Counted from the stretch's first letter, positions 1 to 10,827 are shown. The stretch: 64,000 nt of DNA from Candidatus Moraniibacteriota bacterium (GCA_040772365.1 JAXGYI010000003.1:7234-71233); one strand, 5' to 3'. Notes: generated by a model from the sequence alone, not told the origin. A program made the numbers and translations.

Positions 1-193
1 GGCGCGACAGGTGGTGCGTGAGATGCGACAGCATTTTCCTGGTCATGTCTTTGAGAGTGTTATTCCACGCAATGTGCGGTTAGCAGAGGCGCCAAGCTTT
101 GGGCAACCTATCACGATTTTTGATGCTCTCAATAAAGGTGCCAATGCCTATAAAGCATTGGCAAAAGAAATTCTCGCATTAGAAAAATCATAG
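1..193 (+). CDS. parA: ParA/Soj-family chromosome partitioning ATPase, C-terminal fragment (the gene starts upstream of the window)
   Basis: C-terminal helix typical of ParA/Soj (…FESVIPRNVRLAEAPSFGQPITIFD…). It sits directly upstream of parB. Confidence 0.6.
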   Translation, partial: ARQVVREMRQHFPGHVFESVIPRNVRLAEAPSFGQPITIFDALNKGANAYKALAKEILALEKS

Positions 194-197
194 CACT

Positions 198-1130
198 ATG
201 GCACAAAAACATGGACTTGGGAGGGGACTATCATCACTTATTCCACAAGGAGCGCAACGTGCGACATCTGCACCAGGAGCGCCGGTGTACCGTACAAAAA
301 ATCACGCATCAGAGATAACGTCTATGGATCGTGATTACGTGGAAGAAATCGCATTGGGGCATATCCATACCAACTCGCAGCAGCCACGTTTGTATTTTGA
401 TGAGGAAAAGCTAGATGAACTAGCCACATCTATTAAAGTGCATGGTGTACTGCAGCCGCTTGTCGTGGTACAGCGCGGCGATCGCTATGAGTTGATCGCA
501 GGGGAGCGGCGGTTGCGTGCGTCCAAAAAAGCCGGGCTTGCGACGGTGCCCGCTGTGGTGCGACGCGATGACGATATGGATGAACAGAAAAAATTGGAGT
601 TAGCGCTAATTGAAAACATTCAACGACATGATCTCAATGTGATCGAAGAGGCAAGGTCATATGTGCGCTTGACGGAGGATTTTGGATTGTCGCAAGAAGA
701 CATCGCTGCACGCACTGGCAAGAGTCGTCCGGTTGTCGCTAATCGCATGCGGTTGGTGGCGTTGCCGGTGGAAATTCAAAAGGCGTTGATTGCCGGTGAC
801 ATTACGGAAGGACATGCAAAGGTGATCTTGGGTTTGGTACAACCGCAAAAACAACTGGCGCTGTTTCATGTGATTACGCAACAACATCTCACTGTGCGTC
901 AAGCAGAAACGCAGGTAGAGGCGATGGGTGAGCCAAGACGCTATCGTCGCACCAAAGAAAAAACACCACAGGCACGGCAGCTGGAGGAGAGGCTGGCACA
1001 TTTTTTTGGTACGAAGGTGCGTGTGAGTGAATCCACATCCGGCGGCGCGTTTACCGTGACCTATTTTTCCGAAAAAGACCTTGCGCAGATCTTGGACCGA
1101 CTTGCATTGGACGATTATGATGCACTATAA
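198..1130 (+). CDS. parB: ParB/Spo0J chromosome partitioning protein
   Basis: ParB box motifs (…LIAGERRLRASKKAGLATVPAVV…) with an HTH region and a C-terminal dimerisation segment. Confidence 0.85.
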   Translation: MAQKHGLGRGLSSLIPQGAQRATSAPGAPVYRTKNHASEITSMDRDYVEEIALGHIHTNSQQPRLYFDEEKLDELATSIKVHGVLQPLVVVQRGDRYELIAGERRLRASKKAGLATVPAVVRRDDDMDEQKKLELALIENIQRHDLNVIEEARSYVRLTEDFGLSQEDIAARTGKSRPVVANRMRLVALPVEIQKALIAGDITEGHAKVILGLVQPQKQLALFHVITQQHLTVRQAETQVEAMGEPRRYRRTKEKTPQARQLEERLAHFFGTKVRVSESTSGGAFTVTYFSEKDLAQILDRLALDDYDAL

Positions 1131-2324
1131 TTCACAGCAACAGCGCGTCTATCATATGGCGCACCGAAATTTGCACGATGCCCTTGTTGGAGAGGGTATT
1201 GTTGCAAGCAAGGATCACTACGATGACTTTTGGGCACGGGATACCTTCTTTGCATCGTGGGGATTTTTGGCGTTGCGAGAATACACACATGTGCGATCGG
1301 CGTTGGATCTTTTTGCACGTTATCAAAAACGCAATGGGCATATTCCGCGACGCATTGATCGGTCATATGTGTCTGGTTGAAATATCTTGGTATGCGCATA
1401 TCGCGTAAAATACCAAAGCCAAAATATGTCGGTGCTTATGGGTGGGCAGCGTTAGATCCAAATCTCCTTTTTGTCATTACGTGCGGAAAATATTACGATG
1501 CAACGCATGACCGAGAGATGGTTGAGGAAACTTTTCCGGCAATGCGCCAAGCGATTCTGTGGCTTGAGCGCTATGAGCGTGATGGCTTGTTGCATGAGCA
1601 GATTTTTGCGAATTGGATGGATACGATTGTTAAGAGAGGGCATGTGTTATACACAAATGTGTTGTACGCGGAGGCGCTGCGTGTGTATGCGTCACTGTGT
1701 TGCACTATAGGCAGGGAAGAGGAGGCGCAGCGCTATACACAAAAACATCACGCAGCAATTACACACATCCGTGCACGATTTTGGAATGGCACGTATTTTG
1801 ATGACTGGATCACGCATCGGCGCCGTCAGAGTTATTTTGCGTCGGATGGAAATGCTTTGGCGATACTTTTTGGCGTGGCGGATACGGATCAGATAAACAG
1901 TATTGTGGAATTTATTGAGCACCACGCTATTGACGCGGTGCCCCTCATAACAAATTATCCGCCTTATCCGCGGTGGCGTGTGGCGCTGCGCATGTATGTG
2001 ATCGGTGTGCCAGGATATCAAAATCATCATGCGGCGTGGACGTGGTTGGGTGCCGTGTATGCTGTAGCACTTCATGAGCATGGTATGCGAGAAAAGGCGC
2101 TTGCGGTACATGATCGCATGACTGCCTTTATGAATCGGTACGATGTGATTTATGAAATTTATGATCGTAGTGGCGCGCCGTATAATGGCTGGTTTTGGAA
2201 AAGCGCACGATCTTTTGCGTGGGGATCGGGACTCTATGTGTGGATGCACCGGGCACTACATGACGATGGTAGTGGTGCGCATTTCGGAAAAGTTGACAGT
2301 TCAGCAAAAAGATGTTATAATTGA
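1117..2324 (+). pseudogene. Amylo-alpha-1,6-glucosidase / glycogen-debranching-enzyme-family (six-hairpin) glycosidase. The reading frame is interrupted near 1356-1380 (frame 1 ORF 1117-1380, then frame 0 ORF 1377-2324 opening on TTG).
   Basis: Two consecutive ORFs in different frames whose products read like one protein (…DFWARDTFFASWGFLA… then …AYGWAALDPNLLFVIT…WLERYERDGLL…). A single-base indel would join them. Confidence 0.45.
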
Positions 2325-2404
2325 AGCTAATAATGTTCTTTTGCAATGAAAGAAGGCATGTCGCTTTCTTGTTGATTTCCATGTTCTAAGACTAGGAGGG
2401 TGAT

Positions 2405-3253
2405 ATGGAACGTGAGCAGATGAGGCAAAGATTTAGTCAAGTGATTGGCATTTTGCGAGAAACAAAAAAGATCTCCCTGTCAGTATTTGGCGAGGAGTAT
2501 CTTTTGGAGTATGTCCACATCCCGGCGGTGACGCCAGATGGTGCGGCAAAGCCAATCATCTTCAATCACCCAGGTGGCGGGACGCACTTGTCCCGGTGTC
2601 TGGAGCCCTTTGTGTGGGCGGATCGTGAGTCAATCACGCTCTCTCCTTTGGGATACGGAAGATCGTCTGCGCTGCCGGAAAAAGAAAAAAATAATCCAAT
2701 TGATTTTCCGGCAGAGGCGTTCACTAAATTCGTATCGGCGCTTGCGGAGAGGCCGTATGAATTATACGGTCACTCTAACGCCGCGACAATTGTTGCGGCT
2801 ACGGCGCAAAAGCTATACCGAAAAACTGCTTGTAAGCAGGTGATATGGCTGGTCAACCCGTTGGGTATCCGCCCAGTTCCAGCAGCAGCGCAGGCCGTTC
2901 TCTTTCCATTATTTGGCATACTCTCGCGCATGACGCGCGGAGCGTGCAGTGCACAGATGGGGCGGGAGATGCTGCGTGCATACACGTACATGCCCATGCC
3001 ACAGAAAAGAAGGTCTCTTCTGTTCTATGAGATGCAGAAGGGGCAGTCGTTTTTTCTTCCGTACCACATCCAAAATATTAGGGCACAGGGGTGCACTGTG
3101 CGCGTGGTGCGTAGTGCTCATGATTGGGCGCTGTTGTGGGCAGGGAAAAACACACTTTCCCTGAATTGTGATGAGGAGTACCGTATACAGGGATTCCACA
3201 ACATCACCATCGGGGAGGGGGCAAGAGAGATTGCCAAAATACTCTCTTGTTAA
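2405..3253 (+). CDS. alpha/beta-hydrolase fold protein
   Basis: G-H-S-N-A nucleophile elbow (GxSxG) in an alpha/beta-hydrolase-length protein. A strong AGGAGGGTG RBS lies 5 nt upstream of the ATG. Confidence 0.55.
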   Translation: MEREQMRQRFSQVIGILRETKKISLSVFGEEYLLEYVHIPAVTPDGAAKPIIFNHPGGGTHLSRCLEPFVWADRESITLSPLGYGRSSALPEKEKNNPIDFPAEAFTKFVSALAERPYELYGHSNAATIVAATAQKLYRKTACKQVIWLVNPLGIRPVPAAAQAVLFPLFGILSRMTRGACSAQMGREMLRAYTYMPMPQKRRSLLFYEMQKGQSFFLPYHIQNIRAQGCTVRVVRSAHDWALLWAGKNTLSLNCDEEYRIQGFHNITIGEGAREIAKILSC

Positions 3254-3268
3254 GAAGGTCTTGTAGCA

Positions 3269-3310
3269 TACCCGTTAACAGCTAGTGCTGTTGACGGGTA
3301 TTTCTGTTTC
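3269..3310 (+). terminator. Rho-independent terminator after the hydrolase gene
   Basis: 14-bp stem (tacccgttaacagc / gctgttgacgggta, one G-U pair), loop tagt, followed by tttctgtttc. Confidence 0.6.
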
Positions 3311-3428
3311 GCATGAGTCAGGAGAATAGGGTGGCTCGGCTCAAGGGATTTGAATCGACAAACAGCTTCTTTTCTCTTACAAAAAAGCCAGATATGGTGT
3401 ATACTACAAAGGTAACTGAATCTAAAAG

Positions 3429-4142
3429 TTGTGTTTTACCATTATGGATCAGGTGATCATTATCGCATTCTACATTATCGTTTTGGTGTACAGCATCATC
3501 CTTCACGAGGTGTCACACGGTGTTGTGGCACTGTGGCTGGGTGATAAGACGGCGAAATATGCCGGACGGTTGTCACTGGAGCCGATGCGGCACATTGATT
3601 GGTTTGGCTCAGTGCTCTTGCCACTGCTCATGATCATGATGACAGGTTTTGCATTTGGGTGGGCGAAGCCTGTACCGTACAATCCTTTCAATTTGCGTTT
3701 TAAAAAATGGGGACCAGTATTGGTGGCACTGTCCGGTCCGATGACGAACTTCCTGATCGCTTTCGTTGCAGCTATTGGTGGCATGATGCTTGCTGTGCCG
3801 AGTAGTGCAAAAACGACGATTGTGCAACAGGTCATTACAGCGCAGTGGATCGATCTCGTACAAACCATCGTGGGAGAGCCACTTCTCATTGTGTTTGCCG
3901 TTTTGATGATGATTATTTTTTGGAATGTATTATTGGCTACATTTAATATTTTGCCGATTCCGCCACTGGACGGATCAAAGCTACTATTTGCCATTGTTCC
4001 AGTATCGGAGCGTGTGCAGATGTTTTTTGAACAGTGGGGATTTCTTATTCTCCTCATGATTCTTATGACACCACTGGCGTATCCGTTTCACATTGCACTG
4101 CGGACACTATGGACGATCTTTTTTACATTAGCAGGTGCATAA
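3429..4142 (+). CDS. Site-2 protease family (peptidase M50) integral membrane zinc metalloprotease
   Basis: HEVSH (HExxH) in a TM helix plus a downstream PIPPLDGS (LDG) motif. Multiple hydrophobic segments. Confidence 0.6.
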   Translation: MCFTIMDQVIIIAFYIIVLVYSIILHEVSHGVVALWLGDKTAKYAGRLSLEPMRHIDWFGSVLLPLLMIMMTGFAFGWAKPVPYNPFNLRFKKWGPVLVALSGPMTNFLIAFVAAIGGMMLAVPSSAKTTIVQQVITAQWIDLVQTIVGEPLLIVFAVLMMIIFWNVLLATFNILPIPPLDGSKLLFAIVPVSERVQMFFEQWGFLILLMILMTPLAYPFHIALRTLWTIFFTLAGA

Positions 4143-4211
4143 GATTGTACATAGATGATGACAATGACGCGAGACATGGTATAATGGTGAAGGAAAACAA
4201 AAATAGGATTT

Positions 4212-5765
4212 ATGCATGACTTATTAATCAAAAACGGCACAGTGGTAGATGGCACAGGTGCTGCGCCGGTGCGTGCAGATGTAGCAGTTAATGGCGGTAT
4301 TATTACGGAAGTGGGTGATCTCGGTGGCGACAGTGCACATGAAGTGGTTGATGCGGCAGATATGCTTGTTGCACCGGGCTTTATTGATATCTCCAATCGT
4401 TCTGATACACGATGGCGCTTGTTTACTGCTCCGCAAATGGAAAGTATGCTCTATCAGGGCGTAACCACAATCATTGGCGGTAATTCTGGCGCATCGTTGG
4501 CACCGATTTACAATGACGACATGATCAATGCCACGCGTAAGTGGGCAGATGTACAGGGCGTTAATGTGGGTTGGCACACGATGCGTGAGTTTTTGGATAC
4601 AGTAGAAGCAAAGAATTTAGCAGTAAATTTCGGCACGTTTGTTGGCTATGGCACGCTACGTCGAGGTATCACAGGTGATGAGATGCGTGCTGTGACGGAG
4701 GAAGAGAAAAAATCACTACACCATCACGTACGTATGGCATTTAAAGAGGGTGCACTTGGTGTGTCGACGGGTCTGATCTACTCACATGAAAAAGATATTT
4801 CTACAGAGGAGCTTGTGGCACTTGCTGCTGTCACAGCAAAGGAGCGGCGGCTTTTTGTCGCGCATTTGCGCAACGAGACAGATGACGCAGTGAATGCTGT
4901 GCGCGAGGTTCTCACAGTGCATCGACAGACAAAGGTACGCACACACATTTCCCACCTTAAAGTTATGGGGAAAAACAACTGGGCGCGTATGCCGGAAATG
5001 CTTGCGCTAATTGAAAAAACACCGATCCATTTTGACGTGTATCCATACACTGCATCAGAAATGGTGCTCTATGTCTTTTTGCCGACGTGGGCAAGTACAG
5101 GTGGTCGACGGATGATGATGGGTCGCTTGCGCAATCCGGCATTACGTAAGCAGGCTGCAGAAGCTGTGGATGCTGGCGTAGATTTATCTGATGCAGTGGT
5201 GGCACAGACACAGCGGTCGCATTACTTCTGCGGGAAGACGTTTGGTGAGATTGCTCGCACGCAAAAGAAAACTGTTGGCGAATCAGTGATTGATGTGCTC
5301 CTGGCATCGGATGGGCGCGTCACAATCTTTTTGGATGCAATTAGTGAGGAAAATGTTGTGCGTGGCATCATGAGTGCACACGCCATCATCTCATCTAACG
5401 GAGCTGGGTGCACGATTGAGCAATGCAATTCAGAAAACATTGAGCATCCGCGATCCTTTGGTGCATTTGCGCGCGCATGGGCGCTGTATGTTCGTGGTCA
5501 GAAGATTTTAGAACCACAGGAGATGATTCACAAATGCACAGGAAAGGTAGCGGAAGCGCTACAATTAAAAGACCGTGGCGTCATTACACCGGGTAAAAAG
5601 GCGGATGTTATTGTCTTTAAGCCAGAGATACTACGTGATGTCATGCGTTTTGCGCGCGTGCCTGATTATGCCGAGGGCATACATACAGTCGTGGTCAATG
5701 GACAAATAGCGGTAAAGTATGGTAAATATACAGGAGTGCGTGCTGGAGGTATTGTGCGCAACTAG
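4212..5765 (+). CDS. Amidohydrolase-family enzyme (N-acyl-D-amino-acid deacylase / D-aminoacylase-like)
   Basis: N-terminus MHDLLIKNGTVVDGTG…GGIITEVG is typical of amidohydrolase-3 / D-aminoacylase. 517 aa. Confidence 0.65.
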   Translation: MHDLLIKNGTVVDGTGAAPVRADVAVNGGIITEVGDLGGDSAHEVVDAADMLVAPGFIDISNRSDTRWRLFTAPQMESMLYQGVTTIIGGNSGASLAPIYNDDMINATRKWADVQGVNVGWHTMREFLDTVEAKNLAVNFGTFVGYGTLRRGITGDEMRAVTEEEKKSLHHHVRMAFKEGALGVSTGLIYSHEKDISTEELVALAAVTAKERRLFVAHLRNETDDAVNAVREVLTVHRQTKVRTHISHLKVMGKNNWARMPEMLALIEKTPIHFDVYPYTASEMVLYVFLPTWASTGGRRMMMGRLRNPALRKQAAEAVDAGVDLSDAVVAQTQRSHYFCGKTFGEIARTQKKTVGESVIDVLLASDGRVTIFLDAISEENVVRGIMSAHAIISSNGAGCTIEQCNSENIEHPRSFGAFARAWALYVRGQKILEPQEMIHKCTGKVAEALQLKDRGVITPGKKADVIVFKPEILRDVMRFARVPDYAEGIHTVVVNGQIAVKYGKYTGVRAGGIVRN

Positions 5766-7199
5766 ATGGCGTTGGATAGTAAAAGCAGGTCTATGTTCGA
5801 TGTGAGGTGGTTTAAAGGAAAGAAGGTCACGGTTTTTGGTATTGGTTTGCTTGGCGGCGGTATTGGTACGATTCGCTTTTTGTCGGAGCATGGTGCAAAA
5901 ATTATTGCTACAGATTTAAAAACACGCCAGCAGTTGGCGTCGTCTTTGGAGCAACTGCGCGATGTGAAGAATGTTGAGTATGTTCTTGGACAGCACCGGC
6001 AAGAGGATTTTGTTAATACCGATATGGTCATCAAAACACCATCGGCGCCATGGAGTAACAAGCATATTAAGCTCGCACTGTCAAAGGGTGTCCCTGTAGA
6101 GGTAGATGCAAGTCTTTTTTTTAAAATATGTAAGAATCCCATCATTGGTGTGACAGGGACGAAGGGTAAGACAACGACATCGCATGCTATTTATCACATT
6201 TTGCAAAAATCTGGAAAAGATCCCATTTTAGTGGGTGTTGGGCGCATGCCAGTCTTGGATCGCCTTCGTATGCTGCGTAAAAATAGTGTTGTTGTTTTTG
6301 AGCTTTCAAGTTGGCGTTTATCTGGACTCCCTTATGTAAAAATGAGTCCACACATTGGTGTGTTTACAAATTTTTTTCCCGATCACCTCAACTACTACCG
6401 CACCATGGATGGATATCTTGCCGACAAGAAGAACATTTTTGCTTTTCACAAAGAGGCGGATTGGCTTGTGTATAATGCGGATGACGCCTCTGTGGCACGG
6501 GCGGTGGAGCAGGCACGATCTACCATGATGCCTGCGACATTGAAATCTCCATCTACCGATCACGCACATGCTGTCTATGTTGATAATGGACGTATCGTTA
6601 TTCGTGATGGTGCGCGAGAGCATGAGGTGGCACAGCTGTATCATGTTGGACTGCGAGGTGTGCACAATGTGAGTAATCTCTTGTGTGCGGTTGGAGCAGC
6701 ATATGCAAACGGTATTGCGCCAAAAATCATTGGCGCGGCGGTGCGGACATTTCGTGGTGTTCCACATCGGTTAGAGTTGGTACGGCGCAAGGATGGTATT
6801 GCCTACTACAATGACACTGCAGCAACAAATCCACTAGCAGCACAAACGGCACTTGATGCTTTTGAGGAACCGATCATTTTAATTGCCGGTGGCGCAGATA
6901 AAAATTTAGATTACGATGATTTTGCTCGTGCGATCGCAGCGCGCGTGAAGGGTGTGGTTTTTCTCAAGGGGGCAGCAACAGATAAGATTGTGCGTGCGCT
7001 GAAGAGAGAATTGGGACATGACGCTGCAGACACGCCGTTCGAAATTGTGGACTCTATGCCGAAAGCAGTGGAGGTTGCTATGCGTAGTGCCGTGGAAGGC
7101 GACGTGGTTCTACTGTCTCCAGGCGCGGCAAGTTTTGGGCTTTTTGATAATGAGTTTGATCGCGGTAATCAGTTTAAGAGTGTTGTGGAAGCGCTATAA
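5766..7199 (+). CDS. murD: UDP-N-acetylmuramoylalanine--D-glutamate ligase
   Basis: N-terminal Rossmann motif VFGIGLLGGGIGTIRFL and Mur ligase P-loop GVTGTKGKTTTSH. Confidence 0.85.
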   Translation: MALDSKSRSMFDVRWFKGKKVTVFGIGLLGGGIGTIRFLSEHGAKIIATDLKTRQQLASSLEQLRDVKNVEYVLGQHRQEDFVNTDMVIKTPSAPWSNKHIKLALSKGVPVEVDASLFFKICKNPIIGVTGTKGKTTTSHAIYHILQKSGKDPILVGVGRMPVLDRLRMLRKNSVVVFELSSWRLSGLPYVKMSPHIGVFTNFFPDHLNYYRTMDGYLADKKNIFAFHKEADWLVYNADDASVARAVEQARSTMMPATLKSPSTDHAHAVYVDNGRIVIRDGAREHEVAQLYHVGLRGVHNVSNLLCAVGAAYANGIAPKIIGAAVRTFRGVPHRLELVRRKDGIAYYNDTAATNPLAAQTALDAFEEPIILIAGGADKNLDYDDFARAIAARVKGVVFLKGAATDKIVRALKRELGHDAADTPFEIVDSMPKAVEVAMRSAVEGDVVLLSPGAASFGLFDNEFDRGNQFKSVVEAL

Positions 7200-7204
7200 C
7201 CTCT

Positions 7205-8665
7205 ATGCATCTACGTATACCGCATTTTTCTCGCATTGTCACATATAGTGCGACAGGCTTTATTGTCGGTACGGTAGTAGGTGTAGGTATGTCGGTGCAC
7301 GCACTAGAGGCACTCGCATTCTTTATTGCGATCAGTGCATTGATCGCACTCGTGTTTTTTGCACACGAAGATCGTTCGTGGTGTATTGTTCTGGCGCTTC
7401 TCGCAGCGCTTTTTGGGATGCGATCAATGGTTATAGCGCAGAATTCCGTGGCAACGTGGCACGGTCGTGCGGGGGAACACCTGGAGCAAACAGTGATCGT
7501 GCGCGATGTGCGCACAGGAGCGTATCAGGCACGTGTGATCGCACAACAAGAGCATCGTCGCGATCGGATCATGTGGTATGATGTCAAATATCCTGCAGTT
7601 GTGCCCGGTGATCGTCTTGCGATGCGGTGTACACTTGCTGTGCCGCCAACAGATTTTTTGCCAACGTATCCCATGCTTCTTGCTAGTCGCCGTGTGATGG
7701 CAATGTGTGAAAATCCGCAGTATGTGGTGGTGGGGCGCGCAACGGATGTTGTGACGATTGCCGGTGATCTGCGTAGCCATCTCATGACACCAATCATGAC
7801 GATGATTCCTGCACCATATTCTGCACTTGCTGTGGGTCTCTTGTTTGGTGGGGATGACCTACTCTCTCAGGATATACAAGATGCATTTGCGCGTACAGGT
7901 ATGTCACACATTGTTGCAGTATCAGGGTACAATGTATCTGTGATTATTGCAGCAGTTGTGAGCGCGCTGATTTTTATTGGACTGTATCGATCACGTGCAA
8001 CATTTTTTGCCATGATTGCCATTGTAGCATTTGTTGCACTCATCGGTTTTCCAGCATCAGGCGTACGTGCTGCACTGATGGGTACGCTTGTACTTGTTGC
8101 GGCATCATACGGGCGTGTGGCACATGCTTATGGTGCACTGGCACTTGCCGGTGCAGCAATGCTTGTGCATAATCCTCTTCTCATCATCTATGATATTGGT
8201 TTTCAACTGTCATTTCTCGCGACATACGGCATCATTACAGTTGTGCCACTTGCAGAGCATGCGATGCAGCGTGTGCCGCGCGCATTCGGTCTCGTTGATA
8301 TTATTATTGTGACACTAGCAGCACAGATTTTTGTACTTCCTGTTATCATGTATCATTTCCACACCATCTCCTTTATTTCGCTTCTTGTTAATATTTTTGT
8401 TTTACCGGTGATTCCGATCGCAATGCTATCATCACTTATGGTCGTCGTACTGTCATGGATCATGATGCCTATCGGCATGCTTTTTGCATGGATGGCGTAT
8501 AGTGTTCTTGCGTATATCATTCGCGTTGTGGAGTATGCGGCACAAGTGCCGTGGGCAGCGATGGATGCAGTGCATCTGTCAATGTGGATGGCTGTCGTTT
8601 ACTATGTGATACTCTTTGTCGGTATAAGCATGCTACGTAAAAAGATGACATATCACACAGTATGA
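7205..8665 (+). CDS. comEC: ComEC/Rec2 DNA-uptake channel protein (membrane and competence domains only)
   Basis: Polytopic membrane protein with the ComEC signature …MSHIVAVSGYNVSVI…. Confidence 0.75.
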   Translation: MHLRIPHFSRIVTYSATGFIVGTVVGVGMSVHALEALAFFIAISALIALVFFAHEDRSWCIVLALLAALFGMRSMVIAQNSVATWHGRAGEHLEQTVIVRDVRTGAYQARVIAQQEHRRDRIMWYDVKYPAVVPGDRLAMRCTLAVPPTDFLPTYPMLLASRRVMAMCENPQYVVVGRATDVVTIAGDLRSHLMTPIMTMIPAPYSALAVGLLFGGDDLLSQDIQDAFARTGMSHIVAVSGYNVSVIIAAVVSALIFIGLYRSRATFFAMIAIVAFVALIGFPASGVRAALMGTLVLVAASYGRVAHAYGALALAGAAMLVHNPLLIIYDIGFQLSFLATYGIITVVPLAEHAMQRVPRAFGLVDIIIVTLAAQIFVLPVIMYHFHTISFISLLVNIFVLPVIPIAMLSSLMVVVLSWIMMPIGMLFAWMAYSVLAYIIRVVEYAAQVPWAAMDAVHLSMWMAVVYYVILFVGISMLRKKMTYHTV

Positions 8666-9540
8666 AATATCGTTCCATCATCTATAGTGCACTCGGCATA
8701 GCCCTATTTGGTGTGGTTGTATGCGGGGTAATGGTTTACTATGTCATCTATGCAGATCGGGTATCGGTACACTTTTTAGATGTGGGGCAGGGTGATGCCG
8801 TTCTCATTATGCACGGCACGTATCAGGTATTGATTGATGGCGGCGCTGATCAAACGCGTCTCTTAGAAGCACTTGGGCGAATCATACCATTTTGGGATCG
8901 CACAATTGAGACTGTTATTGCCACACATCCCGATGCCGATCATATTGATGGACTCATCGGTGTTTTTACACACTACGCCGTTCGACAGTTTTGGCATACA
9001 GGTTTCACACGAGATGACTCATCGGTGTTTACAGCATTATCGCATGCTGTTGAATTTGAGAAAGGTGTAGAAGAGGTTCTTCCCTACGTGGGCACCACAC
9101 TTTTTCTCAATCACTTTACGCAGCTGCGCATATTGACACCACAGTCCGCATTGGCATGTGATACAACAACATGTGACAGTAATGCTCATAGCATTGGTGC
9201 ACTACTCACGATCGGTGCGACAACATTCTACCTTGGGGGCGATCTCCCATCTTCTGTGGAGGATCTACTGGCAATGCCATCACCGGTTACAGTACTTAAA
9301 GCAAGTCACCATGGTGCGAAGACATCGACAAGCGATCTCTTTCTTACAAAGACCGCGCCACATGACGTTGTGATCTCTGTTGGTGCACATAATCGCTATG
9401 GGCATCCGCACCATGAGGTGCTCAGTCGTCTTGCTGATCACAGTGCACGTGTTTTACGCACTGACCACAGTGGTACGATTACGTATAGCTGTACGCAAGA
9501 ACAATGCTACGTTGCTACTGAACGATTATATGGACAGTAG
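8662..9540 (+). CDS. Metallo-beta-lactamase-fold protein corresponding to the C-terminal domain of ComEC, encoded as a separate ORF with its own N-terminal TM helix
   Basis: VHFLDVGQGDAVLI…HPDADHIDG…ASHHG MBL motifs. Start overlaps the upstream stop in ATGA. Confidence 0.7.
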   Translation: MKYRSIIYSALGIALFGVVVCGVMVYYVIYADRVSVHFLDVGQGDAVLIMHGTYQVLIDGGADQTRLLEALGRIIPFWDRTIETVIATHPDADHIDGLIGVFTHYAVRQFWHTGFTRDDSSVFTALSHAVEFEKGVEEVLPYVGTTLFLNHFTQLRILTPQSALACDTTTCDSNAHSIGALLTIGATTFYLGGDLPSSVEDLLAMPSPVTVLKASHHGAKTSTSDLFLTKTAPHDVVISVGAHNRYGHPHHEVLSRLADHSARVLRTDHSGTITYSCTQEQCYVATERLYGQ

Positions 9541-9624
9541 TAATTATTTTTATACACGAAAACGTCGCGGTGTGTGGTGTGCTATACTGACAGAAAGCAG
9601 TTTTTTCCTTGGAAAGAAATACAT

Positions 9625-10827
9625 ATGAATCTCTACATAATCAAAATTGGCAAGGTATGGCAGGCGATACGTCGCGATGGACCGGTGCGTGCCGTGCGGC
9701 GCATCATTGATGCAGCAGTGCAAACATTCAAGCCTGTAGGGCATGGAGATATCTTGTTTATCACTGGTGGTGTGGGTGACAGCGCACTATACAGGACGCG
9801 GCACGTAGCAGAGGAATTACGTAAACAGCAGTTTAGGTGTTCTGTGACAATTCAGGACAACCCATTTTTACGTAGGTATGTTGATCGGTTTTCCATTTTT
9901 ATTTTCCATCGTACACTGTACACGCCCGCGGTTGCAGCGATGATTGATGCGATCAAGGCAACGGGGAAGACTGTAATCTTTGATACGGATGACCTTGTCT
10001 ATGATCCGCAGTATTTGCAGCACATGGATTACTACACTAAAATGAATGCCTTGGAGCGCACACTCTATGATAACGGTGTGGGCGGGGAAATTGTGCGTGA
10101 CCCGTACGTTGAGGTTGTAACAGTAACGACATCATTTTTGGCAGATAAATTACGTGCAGAGGGAAAGCGTGTGATTGTTGTGCCAAATCGTGCATCAGAT
10201 GCTGATGTGGCACATGCTGCCGCAGGCATACACGCACACGCACAACGCGCGCACATGGATCATACTGTACGCATAGGATACTTCTCTGGCACTATTAGCC
10301 ACAATAAAGATTTTGCCACAATCATAGAGCCGCTGATGCGTATTATGGCGCGGTATCCCATGGTGCAGTTGTTTCTCGTTGGTCCTTTAGATGTAGAAAG
10401 TGCCCTTGTACAACGGTTTCGTCATCGCATTACGCAGTTGCCGTACGCGATGCGCCCGCAGCATTTTGTCAATCTTGCGTCGTGCGATATCAATCTCGCA
10501 CCACTGGAATATCATAATCCGTTCTGTGAGGCGAAAAGCGAACTGAAATTTTTTGAAGCGGGATTGGTGCGTGTGCCGACAGTGGCTGTAGCAAATCAAA
10601 CATACCGTGAAGCGATTACTGATGGCGTGGATGGTTTTCTGGCAGCAGACGCGGAACAATGGGAGGCGAAGCTGGCACAACTTATTGACGATGTCACATT
10701 GCGTCGTACGATGGGTGAGAAGGCTTATAGGGTATCTATGGCACGGTACACAACTGCTCATGCTGCCAATGAGGAGTATTATGCCTATCTGCGTAGCAAG
10801 ATTCGACATACTGCAAAGCAAAAATAA
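9625..10827 (+). CDS. Glycosyltransferase (GT-B fold, group-1-like)
   Basis: C-terminal …KFFEAGLVRVPTVA… sugar-donor-binding-like motif. Start assigned to the internal ATG (MNLYIIKIG); the ORF track begins at 9574. Confidence 0.5.
   Translation: MNLYIIKIGKVWQAIRRDGPVRAVRRIIDAAVQTFKPVGHGDILFITGGVGDSALYRTRHVAEELRKQQFRCSVTIQDNPFLRRYVDRFSIFIFHRTLYTPAVAAMIDAIKATGKTVIFDTDDLVYDPQYLQHMDYYTKMNALERTLYDNGVGGEIVRDPYVEVVTVTTSFLADKLRAEGKRVIVVPNRASDADVAHAAAGIHAHAQRAHMDHTVRIGYFSGTISHNKDFATIIEPLMRIMARYPMVQLFLVGPLDVESALVQRFRHRITQLPYAMRPQHFVNLASCDINLAPLEYHNPFCEAKSELKFFEAGLVRVPTVAVANQTYREAITDGVDGFLAADAEQWEAKLAQLIDDVTLRRTMGEKAYRVSMARYTTAHAANEEYYAYLRSKIRHTAKQK

Noticed and set aside
657-1001. 114-aa minus-strand ORF inside parB
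   Set aside because: Antisense overlap with a well-supported conserved gene. No motif.
3503-4057. 184-aa minus-strand ORF antisense to the S2P protease gene
   Set aside because: Fully nested antisense to a membrane-protein gene. The product is low-complexity, so it is considered spurious.
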